The notes under the pieces: model-generated
The model's database searches: none
Seen by the model: the letters and a program-made list of their open reading frames with translations, nothing else
What the model was told of the DNA's origin: nothing
DNA from: Vulcanimicrobiota bacterium
Lineage (GTDB): Bacteria > Vulcanimicrobiota > Vulcanimicrobiia > Vulcanimicrobiales > Vulcanimicrobiaceae
Assembly: GCA_963812155.1 (NCBI GenBank)
Contig: CAWETW010000003.1
Span: 1,238,544 to 1,302,543 of the forward strand
Reading direction: 5' to 3'
Length of the DNA stretch: 64,000 nt
Translations under genes and position numbers: made by a program
In this document: piece by piece, positions 1 through 9,169 of the stretch
How positions within the stretch are numbered: the first letter of the stretch is position 1
Layout of the letters: the number at the start of each line of letters is the position of its first letter

Positions 1-1
1 G

Positions 2-943
2 CGCGCTCCCGAGTCGGCAATCGTGCTCGGCGGCGGGTACACGGCCTGCGAACTCGGCCAGTTTTTGGCGCGCGTGGGGACGAAGACGACAATGCTGATT
101 CGCAGCGGCCACCTGCTGACCGAGACCGACGACGACGTCGGCGACGCGCTGACCGGATATCTTCGCGAAGAAGGCATCGACGTCGAGACGCGCACGACGT
201 TGATTGCGGCGGAGCGGCGCGACGCGCAGAAGGCCGTGCGATTCCTGCACGACGGGACGGAACGCGAGGTTGCGGCCGAGGAGATTTTCTACGCGCTAGG
301 GCGCACGCCGAACGTGGCGGGGCTCGGGCTCGAACGCGCGGGCGTCGCCCTTGGCCCGGGCGGCGGCATCGCCGTCGACGCGACGCTGCGCACCAGCAAT
401 CCGCAGATCTTCGCCGCCGGCGACGTCACCGGCGAGTACATGCTGGTCCACGTCGCCATCTATCAAGGTGAAATTGCGTCGCGCAACTCGTGCTTGCAGG
501 GAAGCGAACGCGCCGACTACCGGCTCGTGTCGGCGCATACGGTCTTCACCGATCCGCAGATTGCGGCCGTCGGGGCGAGCGAGAAGGATCTGCGCGCGGC
601 GGGAACGCGTTACGTCGTCGGCCGATACGACTTCGCCGACCACGGCAAAGCGCAGTGTCTCGCAAAGACGAAGGGTTTCGTGAAGATGATGGCCGATCCC
701 GAGAGCGGCCGCATCCTCGGGGCGGCGGTCATCGGCCCTCAAGGCTCGGAGTTGATTCACGAAGTCATCGTCGCGATGAACTACGACGCAACCGTCGTCG
801 ACTTCATGCGCATTCCGCATCTGCATCCGACGCTTGCCGAGATCTGGACGTATCCAGCCGAGATGTGTGCGGCGCAGCTGGGGATGCGAATCCCCGGCGA
901 CGAGCAAATGGAGGTTGCAACGAGCGTCGATGGCCGCCGTTGA
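2..943 (+). CDS. Pyridine nucleotide-disulfide oxidoreductase, dihydrolipoamide dehydrogenase/MerA-like family (5' truncated by window edge)
   Basis: NAD-binding GGGYTACE, FAD motif IFAAGDV, dimerisation domain ending HPTLAE; frame is open to the window start. Confidence 0.85.
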   Translation, partial: RAPESAIVLGGGYTACELGQFLARVGTKTTMLIRSGHLLTETDDDVGDALTGYLREEGIDVETRTTLIAAERRDAQKAVRFLHDGTEREVAAEEIFYALGRTPNVAGLGLERAGVALGPGGGIAVDATLRTSNPQIFAAGDVTGEYMLVHVAIYQGEIASRNSCLQGSERADYRLVSAHTVFTDPQIAAVGASEKDLRAAGTRYVVGRYDFADHGKAQCLAKTKGFVKMMADPESGRILGAAVIGPQGSELIHEVIVAMNYDATVVDFMRIPHLHPTLAEIWTYPAEMCAAQLGMRIPGDEQMEVATSVDGRR

Positions 944-1844
944 GGCGGAGGGCCGGCGGTCGCGCGTCGCCGTCGCGATCGTGCAGACCAAGCCGGCCAA
1001 AGGACGCTACGAGGAGAACCTGCGCAACGCAGGCGAGGCGTTCGCCGCGCTCGGCCGGCGCACCGAACTCGTCGTCTTTCCCGAAGCGGCGTTTACCGGA
1101 TACTTTCTCGAAGGCGCCGTCTACGATTTGGCGTTGAGCGCGCCGCGCTTTGCCAGCGATCTCGCGCGAACCTGGCGCAGCGCGCGCGGCGGCGACGAGG
1201 TCGACATCGTTGCGGGTTTCTACGAGAACGACGGCGGCACGTATTACAACTCGGCGCTGTATTTGCACGTGGCGCACGACGCGGAGCGCATCCTGCACGT
1301 CCACCGCAAGCTGTTCCTACCAACCTACGGCGTTTTCGACGAGGAGCGCTTCCTCTCACGCGGGCGAAAAGTCGGAACCTTCGAAACGCGCTTCGGCCGA
1401 ATGGCGATGCTCGTCTGCGAAGATGCATGGCACGCGATCGTGCCGACGATTGCCGCCGTGAAGGGCGCGCGCATTCTCTTGGTCCCGGCTGCGTCGCCCG
1501 GCCGCGGTATCGACGGCCACGGAGAACTCGCAAGCGTCACGCGCTGGCGCCAGATTCTGAGCGCAACCGCGGTCGAGCACGGCATCTTCGTTCTCTACGC
1601 GGGCTTGACCGGATTCGAAGGCGGCAAGGGCTTGAGCGGGACGTCGTGTGCGATCGATCCCCGCGGCAACGTGTTGGTGGAGGCTCCGTCGACCCAAGCA
1701 TGCATCCTCCGCGCCGAGCTCGATCTGCGCGAGATCGATCTCGCGCGCGCAAGCCTGCCGCTGCTCGGCGATTTGGAGGCCGTATTGCCGGACCTCATTC
1801 TCGACGAGGAGCTGCCCGTTTCGCGTGGTTTAGGAACGCCGTAA
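930..1844 (+). CDS. Nitrilase-superfamily C-N hydrolase; probable stand-alone glutaminase subunit of NAD+ synthetase
   Basis: E-K-C triad (FPEAA, HRKLFLPTYGVFDEERF, VCEDAW); directly upstream of nadE; ATG 930 overlaps the previous gene. Confidence 0.85.
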   Translation: MAAVEAEGRRSRVAVAIVQTKPAKGRYEENLRNAGEAFAALGRRTELVVFPEAAFTGYFLEGAVYDLALSAPRFASDLARTWRSARGGDEVDIVAGFYENDGGTYYNSALYLHVAHDAERILHVHRKLFLPTYGVFDEERFLSRGRKVGTFETRFGRMAMLVCEDAWHAIVPTIAAVKGARILLVPAASPGRGIDGHGELASVTRWRQILSATAVEHGIFVLYAGLTGFEGGKGLSGTSCAIDPRGNVLVEAPSTQACILRAELDLREIDLARASLPLLGDLEAVLPDLILDEELPVSRGLGTP

Positions 1845-1845
1845 G

Positions 1846-2697
1846 GTGACGTTCTCGATCGTCGACGCGCCGTCGCCGTCGCCGCGCCCGCCGGCCATCG
1901 ACTGCGCGGTGACCGCGGAGTGGCTTACGGCGTTTCTGCGAGACGAACTGCGATTTCGTCGCAACATCGAGCGGGCGGTCGTAGGATTGTCGGGCGGCGT
2001 CGATTCGGCCGTCACCGCCTATTTGTGCGCGCGAGCCCTGGGTCCCGAAAACGTCTATGCCATCCGGCTGCCGTACGCAACGTCGAGCCCTGCAAGTCTC
2101 GCCGACGCGCAACTCGTCGTCGACGACCTCCGCATTCACTGTCGCACGATCGACATCAGCGCCGCGGTCGACGGCTATCTGCAGTACGAGCCGGATGCCG
2201 GAGCGCGCCGGCGCGGAAACGTCATGGCGCGGACGCGCATGGTCGTGCTCTTCGATCAGTCGGCAAAACTCGACGCGTTGCCCGTCGGAACCGGCAACAA
2301 GACGGAGCGGCTGCTGGGCTATTTCACGTGGCACGCCGACGATACGCCGCCGGTCAATCCCATCGGCGACCTCTTCAAGACGCAAGTATGGGCGCTGGCG
2401 CGCTACCTGGGCGTTCCGCAAACGCTCGTCGACAAAGCGCCGAGCGCCGATCTCGAAGCGGGCCAAACCGACGAGGCCGACCTCGGCATCACCTACGCGC
2501 GCGCCGACGCGCTGCTCTCGGAACTGCTGCTGGGTTACAGCGACGCGCAGCTCGCCGAACGCGGCTTCTCCGCCGATGAAGTCGCGCTCGTGCGCCGCCG
2601 CGTCGACGCGACCCACTGGAAGCGGCATCTGCCGACGACCGCGATGCTCACGAATACTGCCATCAACGAATTTTACTTACGTCCCGTCGATTACTAA
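1846..2697 (+). CDS. nadE: NAD+ synthetase (synthetase domain only)
   Basis: GLSGGVDS PP-loop, GNVMARTRM, GTGNKTE, PIGDLFKTQV, PSADL...TDE motifs. Confidence 0.95.
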   Translation: MTFSIVDAPSPSPRPPAIDCAVTAEWLTAFLRDELRFRRNIERAVVGLSGGVDSAVTAYLCARALGPENVYAIRLPYATSSPASLADAQLVVDDLRIHCRTIDISAAVDGYLQYEPDAGARRRGNVMARTRMVVLFDQSAKLDALPVGTGNKTERLLGYFTWHADDTPPVNPIGDLFKTQVWALARYLGVPQTLVDKAPSADLEAGQTDEADLGITYARADALLSELLLGYSDAQLAERGFSADEVALVRRRVDATHWKRHLPTTAMLTNTAINEFYLRPVDY

Positions 2698-2706
2698 GGC
2701 AAGAAC

Positions 2707-3285
2707 GTGCGCAAGCCTTTTTTCCCGGTAAGTTTGAATCTCGACGGGCGATTGTGCGTGGTCGTAGGAGAAGCGTCCGATCGCGAAGCGGTGGAGAAGG
2801 CTGCGGCGCTCGAAGAAGCGGGGGCCGCCGTGCGGCGCATCACCGATCTACGGAACGTGCGCGACGAAGACGTGGCCGATGCGTTCTTCGTCATCTCGAC
2901 GCCGCAGGACGAGGCGCTTTCGGCCCGGATGCGCGCGCTCGCCGACCGGCACGGATTCTTACTGTGCTGCATCGACCAGCCGGCGCACGGGTTCGTCGCA
3001 ATGGCTGCGATCGCGAAGGCCGGCCCGGTGCGCGTCGCGATCTCCACGACCGGATTGGCGCCGCGCGTCGGAAAAATACTGAAGCAGGCGCTGCAGAAGG
3101 CGTTGGACGCCCGCTTCGCGCGGTTCGTGGAACGCTTGGCCCGGATGCGCGAGACGGAACGCGAACGGCATCCGCGACCGGAAGAGGCGCCCCTGCGCCG
3201 GCGCGCGATGATCGAAGCCGCCGACGGGTTTTCCGCGGACGTGCGCTTTGCATACCCCGAATGGTTCGACGATGGCGAGCGTTGA
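2707..3285 (+). CDS. Precorrin-2 dehydrogenase/sirohydrochlorin ferrochelatase-like protein (CysG N-terminal/SirC family)
   Basis: FPVSLNLDGRLCVVVG start, CCIDQPAHGF and VAISTTGLAP motifs typical of the CysG-A domain. Confidence 0.75.
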   Translation: MRKPFFPVSLNLDGRLCVVVGEASDREAVEKAAALEEAGAAVRRITDLRNVRDEDVADAFFVISTPQDEALSARMRALADRHGFLLCCIDQPAHGFVAMAAIAKAGPVRVAISTTGLAPRVGKILKQALQKALDARFARFVERLARMRETERERHPRPEEAPLRRRAMIEAADGFSADVRFAYPEWFDDGER

Positions 3286-4534
3286 ACTCGTTGCGGTCGG
3301 GACCGAACTGCTGTTGGGTCAGTTGACCGATACGAACACGCCGCATATCGAACGGCGGCTCGCGGAGATCGGCGTCGACGTTCGGGGAACGCATGCGGTC
3401 GGCGATAATCGCGAACGCATCGCGGAGACGATCCGCAGCGTGCTCGATCGCCGCGACGGTGCGATCGTCACCGGCGGACTCGGGCCGACCGTCGACGACC
3501 TCACGAAGGAGGCCGTGTGCGACGCGCTCGGTACCGGGACGGAACTCTACGAGCCGGCGCTGCGGCAGATGGAGGCGTTCTTTGCGCAGATCGGTCGCGA
3601 GATGCGGCCGAACAACCGCAAACAGGCCGAACTCCCGCGCGGGAGCTTGCCGTTGGAGAATCCCTTCGGCACCGCTCCGGGCTTTGTCGCGTTTTCCGCC
3701 GGAGGGGGATTCGTGGCGTGCATGCCGGGCGTTCCTCACGAGATGAAACCGATGCTCGCGAACGCGCTGGTGCCGTTCTTGGTGCAACGCTTCGGGCTGC
3801 GCGACGGCATCTACACGCGCGTGCTGCACACGATCGGCATCGGGGAGTCGGAGATCGACCATCGCATTGACGACCTGTTTCGCGCGTCTGAAAATCCGAA
3901 GCTCGCGGTGCTCGCGCACGGCTCGCGCGCCGACGTCAAGATCATGGCGAAGAGTGCGAGCGCCGCGCAAGCGCGAGCAATGATCGCGCCGCTGGAGACC
4001 GAAATCGAGCGCCGGTTGGAAGGATACGTTTACGGCGCCGACGAGGCGACGATCGAGTCGGCCGTGCTTGCGTTGTTGCGCGAGCGCGCGTGGACGGCCG
4101 CGACGGCGGAGTCGTGTACCGGGGGGCGCATCGCAGCGGCGCTCACGCGGGTGGCGGGAGCGTCGCAGAGTTTTGCCGGAGGAATCGTCGCTTACGACGA
4201 CGCGGTCAAGATATCGTCGCTCGGCGTCGACGCACCGTTAATCGCGCACGACGGCGCGGTGAGCGAAAACGTGGCGCTGGCAATGGCACGCGGAGCGCGC
4301 GCGCGGCTGAAGGCCGACGTCGCGCTGTCCACGACCGGCATCGCCGGGCCGAGCGGCGGATCGGCAGAAAAACCGGTCGGGCTCGTCTACGTTGCCATCG
4401 ACGACGCAAACGGAAACTCGCGCGCGTGGCACGTGCAGCTGCGTGGAGACCGCGAGACGATCCAGTCACGCGCGACTACCTACGCGCTCGGATTGCTCTG
4501 GCGCCGGCTTCGCAGCGTTACCGAAGCGTTATGA
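3272..4534 (+). CDS. cinA: CinA family protein (MoCF-like domain plus NMN deamidase PncC)
   Basis: VGTELLLG, TGGLGPTVDDLT, PGVP, ATAESCTGG, STTGIAGP motifs. Confidence 0.93.
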   Translation: MASVELVAVGTELLLGQLTDTNTPHIERRLAEIGVDVRGTHAVGDNRERIAETIRSVLDRRDGAIVTGGLGPTVDDLTKEAVCDALGTGTELYEPALRQMEAFFAQIGREMRPNNRKQAELPRGSLPLENPFGTAPGFVAFSAGGGFVACMPGVPHEMKPMLANALVPFLVQRFGLRDGIYTRVLHTIGIGESEIDHRIDDLFRASENPKLAVLAHGSRADVKIMAKSASAAQARAMIAPLETEIERRLEGYVYGADEATIESAVLALLRERAWTAATAESCTGGRIAAALTRVAGASQSFAGGIVAYDDAVKISSLGVDAPLIAHDGAVSENVALAMARGARARLKADVALSTTGIAGPSGGSAEKPVGLVYVAIDDANGNSRAWHVQLRGDRETIQSRATTYALGLLWRRLRSVTEAL

Positions 4535-5071
4535 GAACTCCAAGCGACGAGGAAGCAGCGCCGCTGCTTCCGCAACGGCTGGGTGGCGAACGGAAAGCGT
4601 TTCCGGCGTTCCTTTAAGCTGTAGACCCTTCTTGTTCCATAAACCGATGCTTTGCCATCGCGACTCATAGCGTGACCACCAGGCGATGCCGATCCATCGG
4701 CGCGTTTGGTAGATTCGTTCCGACCACGTTTGCGAGATGCTGCGATCCCGCGTTACGACCGCCGAGGGAGCCAGGTCGTAGGTCAGAAGCGCAGCGGCGC
4801 AGTCGAGATCGCAAATCGAACTTCGATCCGAGAAGGTAAATGCTGCCAGAGCGTATGGCCGGTCGCGACCTGCAAAAAGCGCCGGCCGCCAGGTGTCGAG
4901 CCGGCCGAAAGCCTCGCTTATGGCTCCCGCGGCGGTCGTGCTGAGATAAAGCTCGTGATAGATGTCCGGGTTTCCGATGCGACCGAGACCGGATCGCGGT
5001 GCGAACATAGGGCCGCCCGGTTCGGACGTCCGCGCGCTGGAGTCATACGGAAATACTCGGTAAAGCGTCAT
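4529..5071 (-). CDS. RES-domain toxin (MbcT/ParT-like)
   Basis: R (MTLYRV), E (AISEAFG) and S (GIAWWSRY) residues in RES spacing; overlaps the upstream antitoxin by ATGA. Confidence 0.8.
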   Translation of the reverse strand: MTLYRVFPYDSSARTSEPGGPMFAPRSGLGRIGNPDIYHELYLSTTAAGAISEAFGRLDTWRPALFAGRDRPYALAAFTFSDRSSICDLDCAAALLTYDLAPSAVVTRDRSISQTWSERIYQTRRWIGIAWWSRYESRWQSIGLWNKKGLQLKGTPETLSVRHPAVAEAAALLPRRLEFS

Positions 5072-5454
5072 GCATAAGCACCCGCTTCGATCGCGTCAAG
5101 GGCCTCGATCAACGGCGCCGAGCCGCGTTGCGCGAGGACGTCGATCGGTCGCGCCTGGTTGAGAAACGGCTCGTGTCCGACAAGCCAATCCGTTACGACT
5201 TCGGCCGGAAAGACGAGCAGAGCCCGCGCCAGGACGCCGTGCAGATCGAGAATGCGGCGCGTCATCTTCGCGCTGATCTTCCCGCCGCGCTTCCACCGCG
5301 TGACCATCGCAGCATCAACGTCGAGTAGGCGCGCGACGGGATTGTGACCGTATGCTGCGATCATTTGCAGCAAAAGCGGATGAAGGTCCGTGAGTGCCTG
5401 CGGATTATTTGGCGCAACAAAGGGATCGATCGTAGGACTCCAGCGCGCATCCAT
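5068..5454 (-). CDS. Xre/MbcA/ParS-family antitoxin
   Basis: N-terminal HTH (VARLLDVDAAMVTRWKRG) plus C-terminal WLVGHEPFLNQARPIDVL...IEAGAYA toxin-binding motif. Confidence 0.85.
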   Translation of the reverse strand: MDARWSPTIDPFVAPNNPQALTDLHPLLLQMIAAYGHNPVARLLDVDAAMVTRWKRGGKISAKMTRRILDLHGVLARALLVFPAEVVTDWLVGHEPFLNQARPIDVLAQRGSAPLIEALDAIEAGAYA

Positions 5455-5504
5455 ACGCTAAGCATAAATCGCCCGCGCCGGCGACGTCAACGGTTTTTGT
5501 TGAC
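5455..5504 (-). promoter_or_regulatory. sigma70-type leaderless promoter of the TA operon with an overlapping inverted-repeat operator
   Basis: Minus strand TTGACG(5490-5485)-18 nt-TATGCT(5466-5461)-6 nt-ATG; palindrome GTCAAC-N7-GTTGAC at 5486-5504 covers the -35. Confidence 0.7.
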
Positions 5505-5506
5505 TA

Positions 5507-6553
5507 CTAAGTCTTCGGAAGCGTCGGGGTAGCGTAGCCGATCGCTTCCAGCACGCGTTGCGTTGCGAGCGCCTCTTCAAACGTAGGAAGCGCGTTAGGC
5601 CGTCCTTCGATGGCGTCAACGAATTCGTCGTACAACTCCATCAGGAGCGGCACGTTTCCGTTGATCGAGCCGAAGCGCGCGTACGGCGAGGGCTTGCATT
5701 CCAGTTCGCTCGTCTCTTCCGGGTCGATCGAGAAGAGGGTCAACTCCACGATATTGGGTCCGCTGGCGACGGCAGTACGGTCTTCGCCGTGCACTGCACA
5801 TGTGTACCCTTCCGCTGACGTTGTACCGTCGACGGTCAACCGGCCGACGAACCCGTCGCCGTATTCGAGCAACGCGAATGCGCCGTCGTCCACCGTGGAA
5901 ACGAACTCGCCGGCGTCGTCGCGGCGCCGGTGGTTGGCGGCGCGCGTGAATCCGACTGCGCGTTGCGGGGCACGGCCGGCGAGCCAATCGGCGTGATCGA
6001 CGATGTGCGACATCATCGCGCCGGCCAAGCCGCCTCCGCGCTCGCGCTCGAACCACCAACCCCGGCGGCGCGTCTCGTGGCGGTGAAGCATGCGCCGCAA
6101 AAGGCTAATCTCGATGTTCCGGAGCGGATCGAGATGATGGTTGTCGACGAGTTCCTTGAGCGCGCGCGCCTGCGGGGTGAATCGAAACTCGTGCACGATC
6201 CCGCAGGCCGTTCCCGCGTGGGCCGCGGCCTCGACCATGCGCTCCGCCGACTCGACGTTGAGGGCGAAGGGTTTTTCGCAGAGGACGTGTTTTTCGCGTT
6301 CGAGCGATGCGAGGACGTCGTGCACGTGCGAGAACGGCGGCGATGCCACCAGGACGGCGTCGAGCTCGCAGCCGGCGAGCATTTCGTCGCACGAACGAAA
6401 TGCGTGCGGAATCGTCCCCTCGGCGGCGTGCCGCGCGGCGCTCGACGGCGATGCCAGCGCGACGACGTCGAAGCGCGGATGGGCCCGCAGCGCCGGCAGA
6501 TGCGAACTGACGCCGAACCCTGCGCCGACGATACCCACGCGAATCGGATCCAT
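5507..6553 (-). CDS. Gfo/Idh/MocA family NAD(P)-dependent oxidoreductase
   Basis: VGIVGAGFG Rossmann motif, HVLCEKP, GGGLAGAMMSHIVD. Confidence 0.92.
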   Translation of the reverse strand: MDPIRVGIVGAGFGVSSHLPALRAHPRFDVVALASPSSAARHAAEGTIPHAFRSCDEMLAGCELDAVLVASPPFSHVHDVLASLEREKHVLCEKPFALNVESAERMVEAAAHAGTACGIVHEFRFTPQARALKELVDNHHLDPLRNIEISLLRRMLHRHETRRRGWWFERERGGGLAGAMMSHIVDHADWLAGRAPQRAVGFTRAANHRRRDDAGEFVSTVDDGAFALLEYGDGFVGRLTVDGTTSAEGYTCAVHGEDRTAVASGPNIVELTLFSIDPEETSELECKPSPYARFGSINGNVPLLMELYDEFVDAIEGRPNALPTFEEALATQRVLEAIGYATPTLPKT

Positions 6554-6562
6554 CGTCCGCTC

Positions 6563-7861
6563 CTACTCGGCCGCGCCGGCCGCGGCCTCCAGGAGATCCA
6601 GTCCGCGCGACAGCTGCGTTTGCGTGATGACGAGCGGAGGCGAGATCGAAATGGCGTCCCCGCGCGTGCCCGATTGCAACAGAATGAGACCGCGCTGCAA
6701 CGCGCCTCTGACCACGCCTTGCGCGGTTGCAGCGTCGCGAAACTGCACGGCCCATAGGAGCCCGCGCCCGCGCACTTCGCGGACGAGGCGCCGCGAACGA
6801 ACGTCTTCCAGGCGCGTGCGAAGGTACGGCTCGAAGGCGGCGGCTCGCGCGACGAGATCGAGCCGCTCGATCTCCTCGATGGTCGCGAGCGCGGCTGCGC
6901 AGCCCATCGGGTTGCCGAGATACGTCGACGTATGCAGGGCTTCGCCGCGCGATACGGGCCACGCATCCATGATCGTTGCGCGCGCTATCGTCGCGCTGAT
7001 CGGGAAGCCGGATCCCATGGCTTTTCCGATGCAGAGAATATCCGGCATTACCGCCTCGCGCTGCACGGCAAACCACGTGCCGGTCCGGCCGAAGCCGGTG
7101 AAGATTTCGTCGGCGATCAGCAGCGCGCCGATCTCGTCGCACAGCGCGCGCAGCGCGCGCAGGTATCCGTCGGGGGGGACGACGGCGCCGCCGCGCCCTT
7201 GAATCGGCTCGACGATGACGGCGGCGACGTCCCCAGCCGCGTGCAGCGAGGCGCGCGTATCCGCGATCGCCTCGCCGGCCGTGATGCCGCTTGCCGCATC
7301 CGGATAGTTTAACGGCACTGCCTCGGGGCCGAGCGCCCGAGCGAACGGACCCCGGAACGTCTCGATTCCGCACAGCGGCAGCGTGCCGAGCGAAAGTCCG
7401 TGATACGCGCCGCGATACGCGGCAAAGCGCGCGCGGCCCGTCGCGAGCATCGCGGTCTTGAGGGCCGCTTCGACGGCTTCGGACCCCGTGGTAGCGAGAA
7501 ATATTTTCCACGCAGCGCCGGGAAGCAACGCCGCAAGCCGTTCGAGCAGGCGCGCGCGCATTGCGGTTGGATGCACGTCGCCCATGCCGTGCGTCAGGCG
7601 TGCGGCTTGTTCGGCGATGGCCGCGGCAACGCGGCGATTCGCATGCCCCGCGTTGGCGACGCCAAACGCCGCGGTAAAATCGAGATACCGGTTTCCATCC
7701 ACGTCGGTGACCGTCGCGCCCTCGGCGCAGTCCCAGAAAACCGGAAAGTCGTCGAAGAACGCGGTAACGTTCTGCGATTCGAATTGCCGCAGCAGGGCTC
7801 GATAGCGGTGCGATGCCGGACCGGGAACGGCGCCCGTCATGCAATCGAGATCGTCGCTCAC
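6563..7861 (-). CDS. Class-III PLP aminotransferase (GabT/ArgD-like)
   Basis: DVDGNRYLDF, TGSEAVEAALK, IVEPIQGRGG, DEIFTGFGRTG, PLP lysine in ILCIGKAMG; GTG start overlaps the luxC-like stop (GTGA). Confidence 0.92.
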   Translation of the reverse strand: MSDDLDCMTGAVPGPASHRYRALLRQFESQNVTAFFDDFPVFWDCAEGATVTDVDGNRYLDFTAAFGVANAGHANRRVAAAIAEQAARLTHGMGDVHPTAMRARLLERLAALLPGAAWKIFLATTGSEAVEAALKTAMLATGRARFAAYRGAYHGLSLGTLPLCGIETFRGPFARALGPEAVPLNYPDAASGITAGEAIADTRASLHAAGDVAAVIVEPIQGRGGAVVPPDGYLRALRALCDEIGALLIADEIFTGFGRTGTWFAVQREAVMPDILCIGKAMGSGFPISATIARATIMDAWPVSRGEALHTSTYLGNPMGCAAALATIEEIERLDLVARAAAFEPYLRTRLEDVRSRRLVREVRGRGLLWAVQFRDAATAQGVVRGALQRGLILLQSGTRGDAISISPPLVITQTQLSRGLDLLEAAAGAAE

Positions 7862-9093
7862 GTTTCGTCGCCGATCCAACGCACGAACTCGGCGATGCGC
7901 GGCCGCCCCCCGTGATATCCACGCAGCGGCGGCGATTGCAGCGCGCCGAACGCGGCGATGCGCAACGCACCCAACGCGCGTGCGGTCGCCGCGGCGCCAT
8001 CCTGGAGACCGGCGGCGGCGAGCGCTTCGATCGGAATGCGATGCCGCGCGACGTAGTGCGCAGCATCGGCGGGTGCGTCCACGCTGAAAACCGCGAGTGC
8101 CCGTGGCAGAAACGGCGGCGAATCGTCGCGCGGCTGGTCGAGCACGATGAGATGCGCCGCGTCCGGTCGGGAAAAGACCGCTCCGCACGCACCGCTTGCG
8201 CGGAACGCCGCGGCATCGCGCGCGGCGGCTACCGGCGCCAAGCGCCCTGCATCGAATGCGCCCGGCGGAAACTCCACGCTCGCGTGCTCGGTTGCATGTG
8301 CGAGCATCCTGCAGAACTCTTCCGGCGACACGCCGCCGCCTCGTTCGACGAAGAGCACGCGCAGCGAAAGGCAGCCTTCGGTGTCGTAGAGCACGAGGTC
8401 GCGCGCGGCGCCTTCGGCGATGCGCGCGGCGTTCGCGGCAGTGTCGAGTGCGTCGCGTCCGACGTAGCCGCAGCTCGCCTTCGAACCGTAGCCGATCCAG
8501 CGCGCCGCAGCAGCCAGATCCGCGCGAATACGCTGCAGCGTTGCGTCGTCGCCGAACGCTACGACCGCGGCGAACTCGTCGAGACGGCGGCGGTCGCGTT
8601 CTCCGTCCCACGTCAACGTCGCGGCCGCCGTTGCAAACTCCTCGAGTTCCTCGGTCAGCGTTTTGAAGAATGCTGCAACCAGCGCGTCGTCGCGGTCCTT
8701 GACGAGCACGTCGCATTTCGCGCACAGTGCGAAGATCGCCGGGACGATGGCGACGCCGACTGTCGTGCGGCTCGACAGGATGCAGACGCGCCCGACCGGC
8801 AGCGCGCGCGAACGCAGTCGTCCGGGCGCGTCGACGAAACCGTCGAGCGCCTCGAGCGATCCCAATTCGTTTCGAATGACGTCTTCGATTGCATCGCGCG
8901 TCACTGCGGAAAAGAGACGATCGAGGGCATACTCGACGACGGGCGTGGAATAGCCGGTGCGCTCGCACGCTGCGGCGATGACGCGAACGCGCGGCGGGAA
9001 GTCGGCGTCGATCCAGCGTTCGGCGGCGTCGCCGATGGCGCGGACGATCGAACGAACCGGGCGCTCGATGAGTGAGCCTGCGAAGAAATCCAT
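7858..9093 (-). CDS. LuxC-like acyl-CoA/acyl-protein reductase
   Basis: ALDH-like fold with VVAFGDDATL, GYGSKAS and catalytic Cys region LYDTEGCLS; start could be 9108. Confidence 0.8.
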   Translation of the reverse strand: MDFFAGSLIERPVRSIVRAIGDAAERWIDADFPPRVRVIAAACERTGYSTPVVEYALDRLFSAVTRDAIEDVIRNELGSLEALDGFVDAPGRLRSRALPVGRVCILSSRTTVGVAIVPAIFALCAKCDVLVKDRDDALVAAFFKTLTEELEEFATAAATLTWDGERDRRRLDEFAAVVAFGDDATLQRIRADLAAAARWIGYGSKASCGYVGRDALDTAANAARIAEGAARDLVLYDTEGCLSLRVLFVERGGGVSPEEFCRMLAHATEHASVEFPPGAFDAGRLAPVAAARDAAAFRASGACGAVFSRPDAAHLIVLDQPRDDSPPFLPRALAVFSVDAPADAAHYVARHRIPIEALAAAGLQDGAAATARALGALRIAAFGALQSPPLRGYHGGRPRIAEFVRWIGDET

Positions 9094-9169
9094 GTAGCGG
9101 TCGTGCATCTTCGAGCGGGAAGCGCGAAACTCCCGAGGTCCTCGAGCCGCGAGCGGCTAAAGGCGCGGC

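Noticed and set aside
2..943. Mercuric reductase MerA
   Set aside because: No C-terminal Cys-Cys pair, and it has HPTLAE; the family cannot be resolved from the partial gene.
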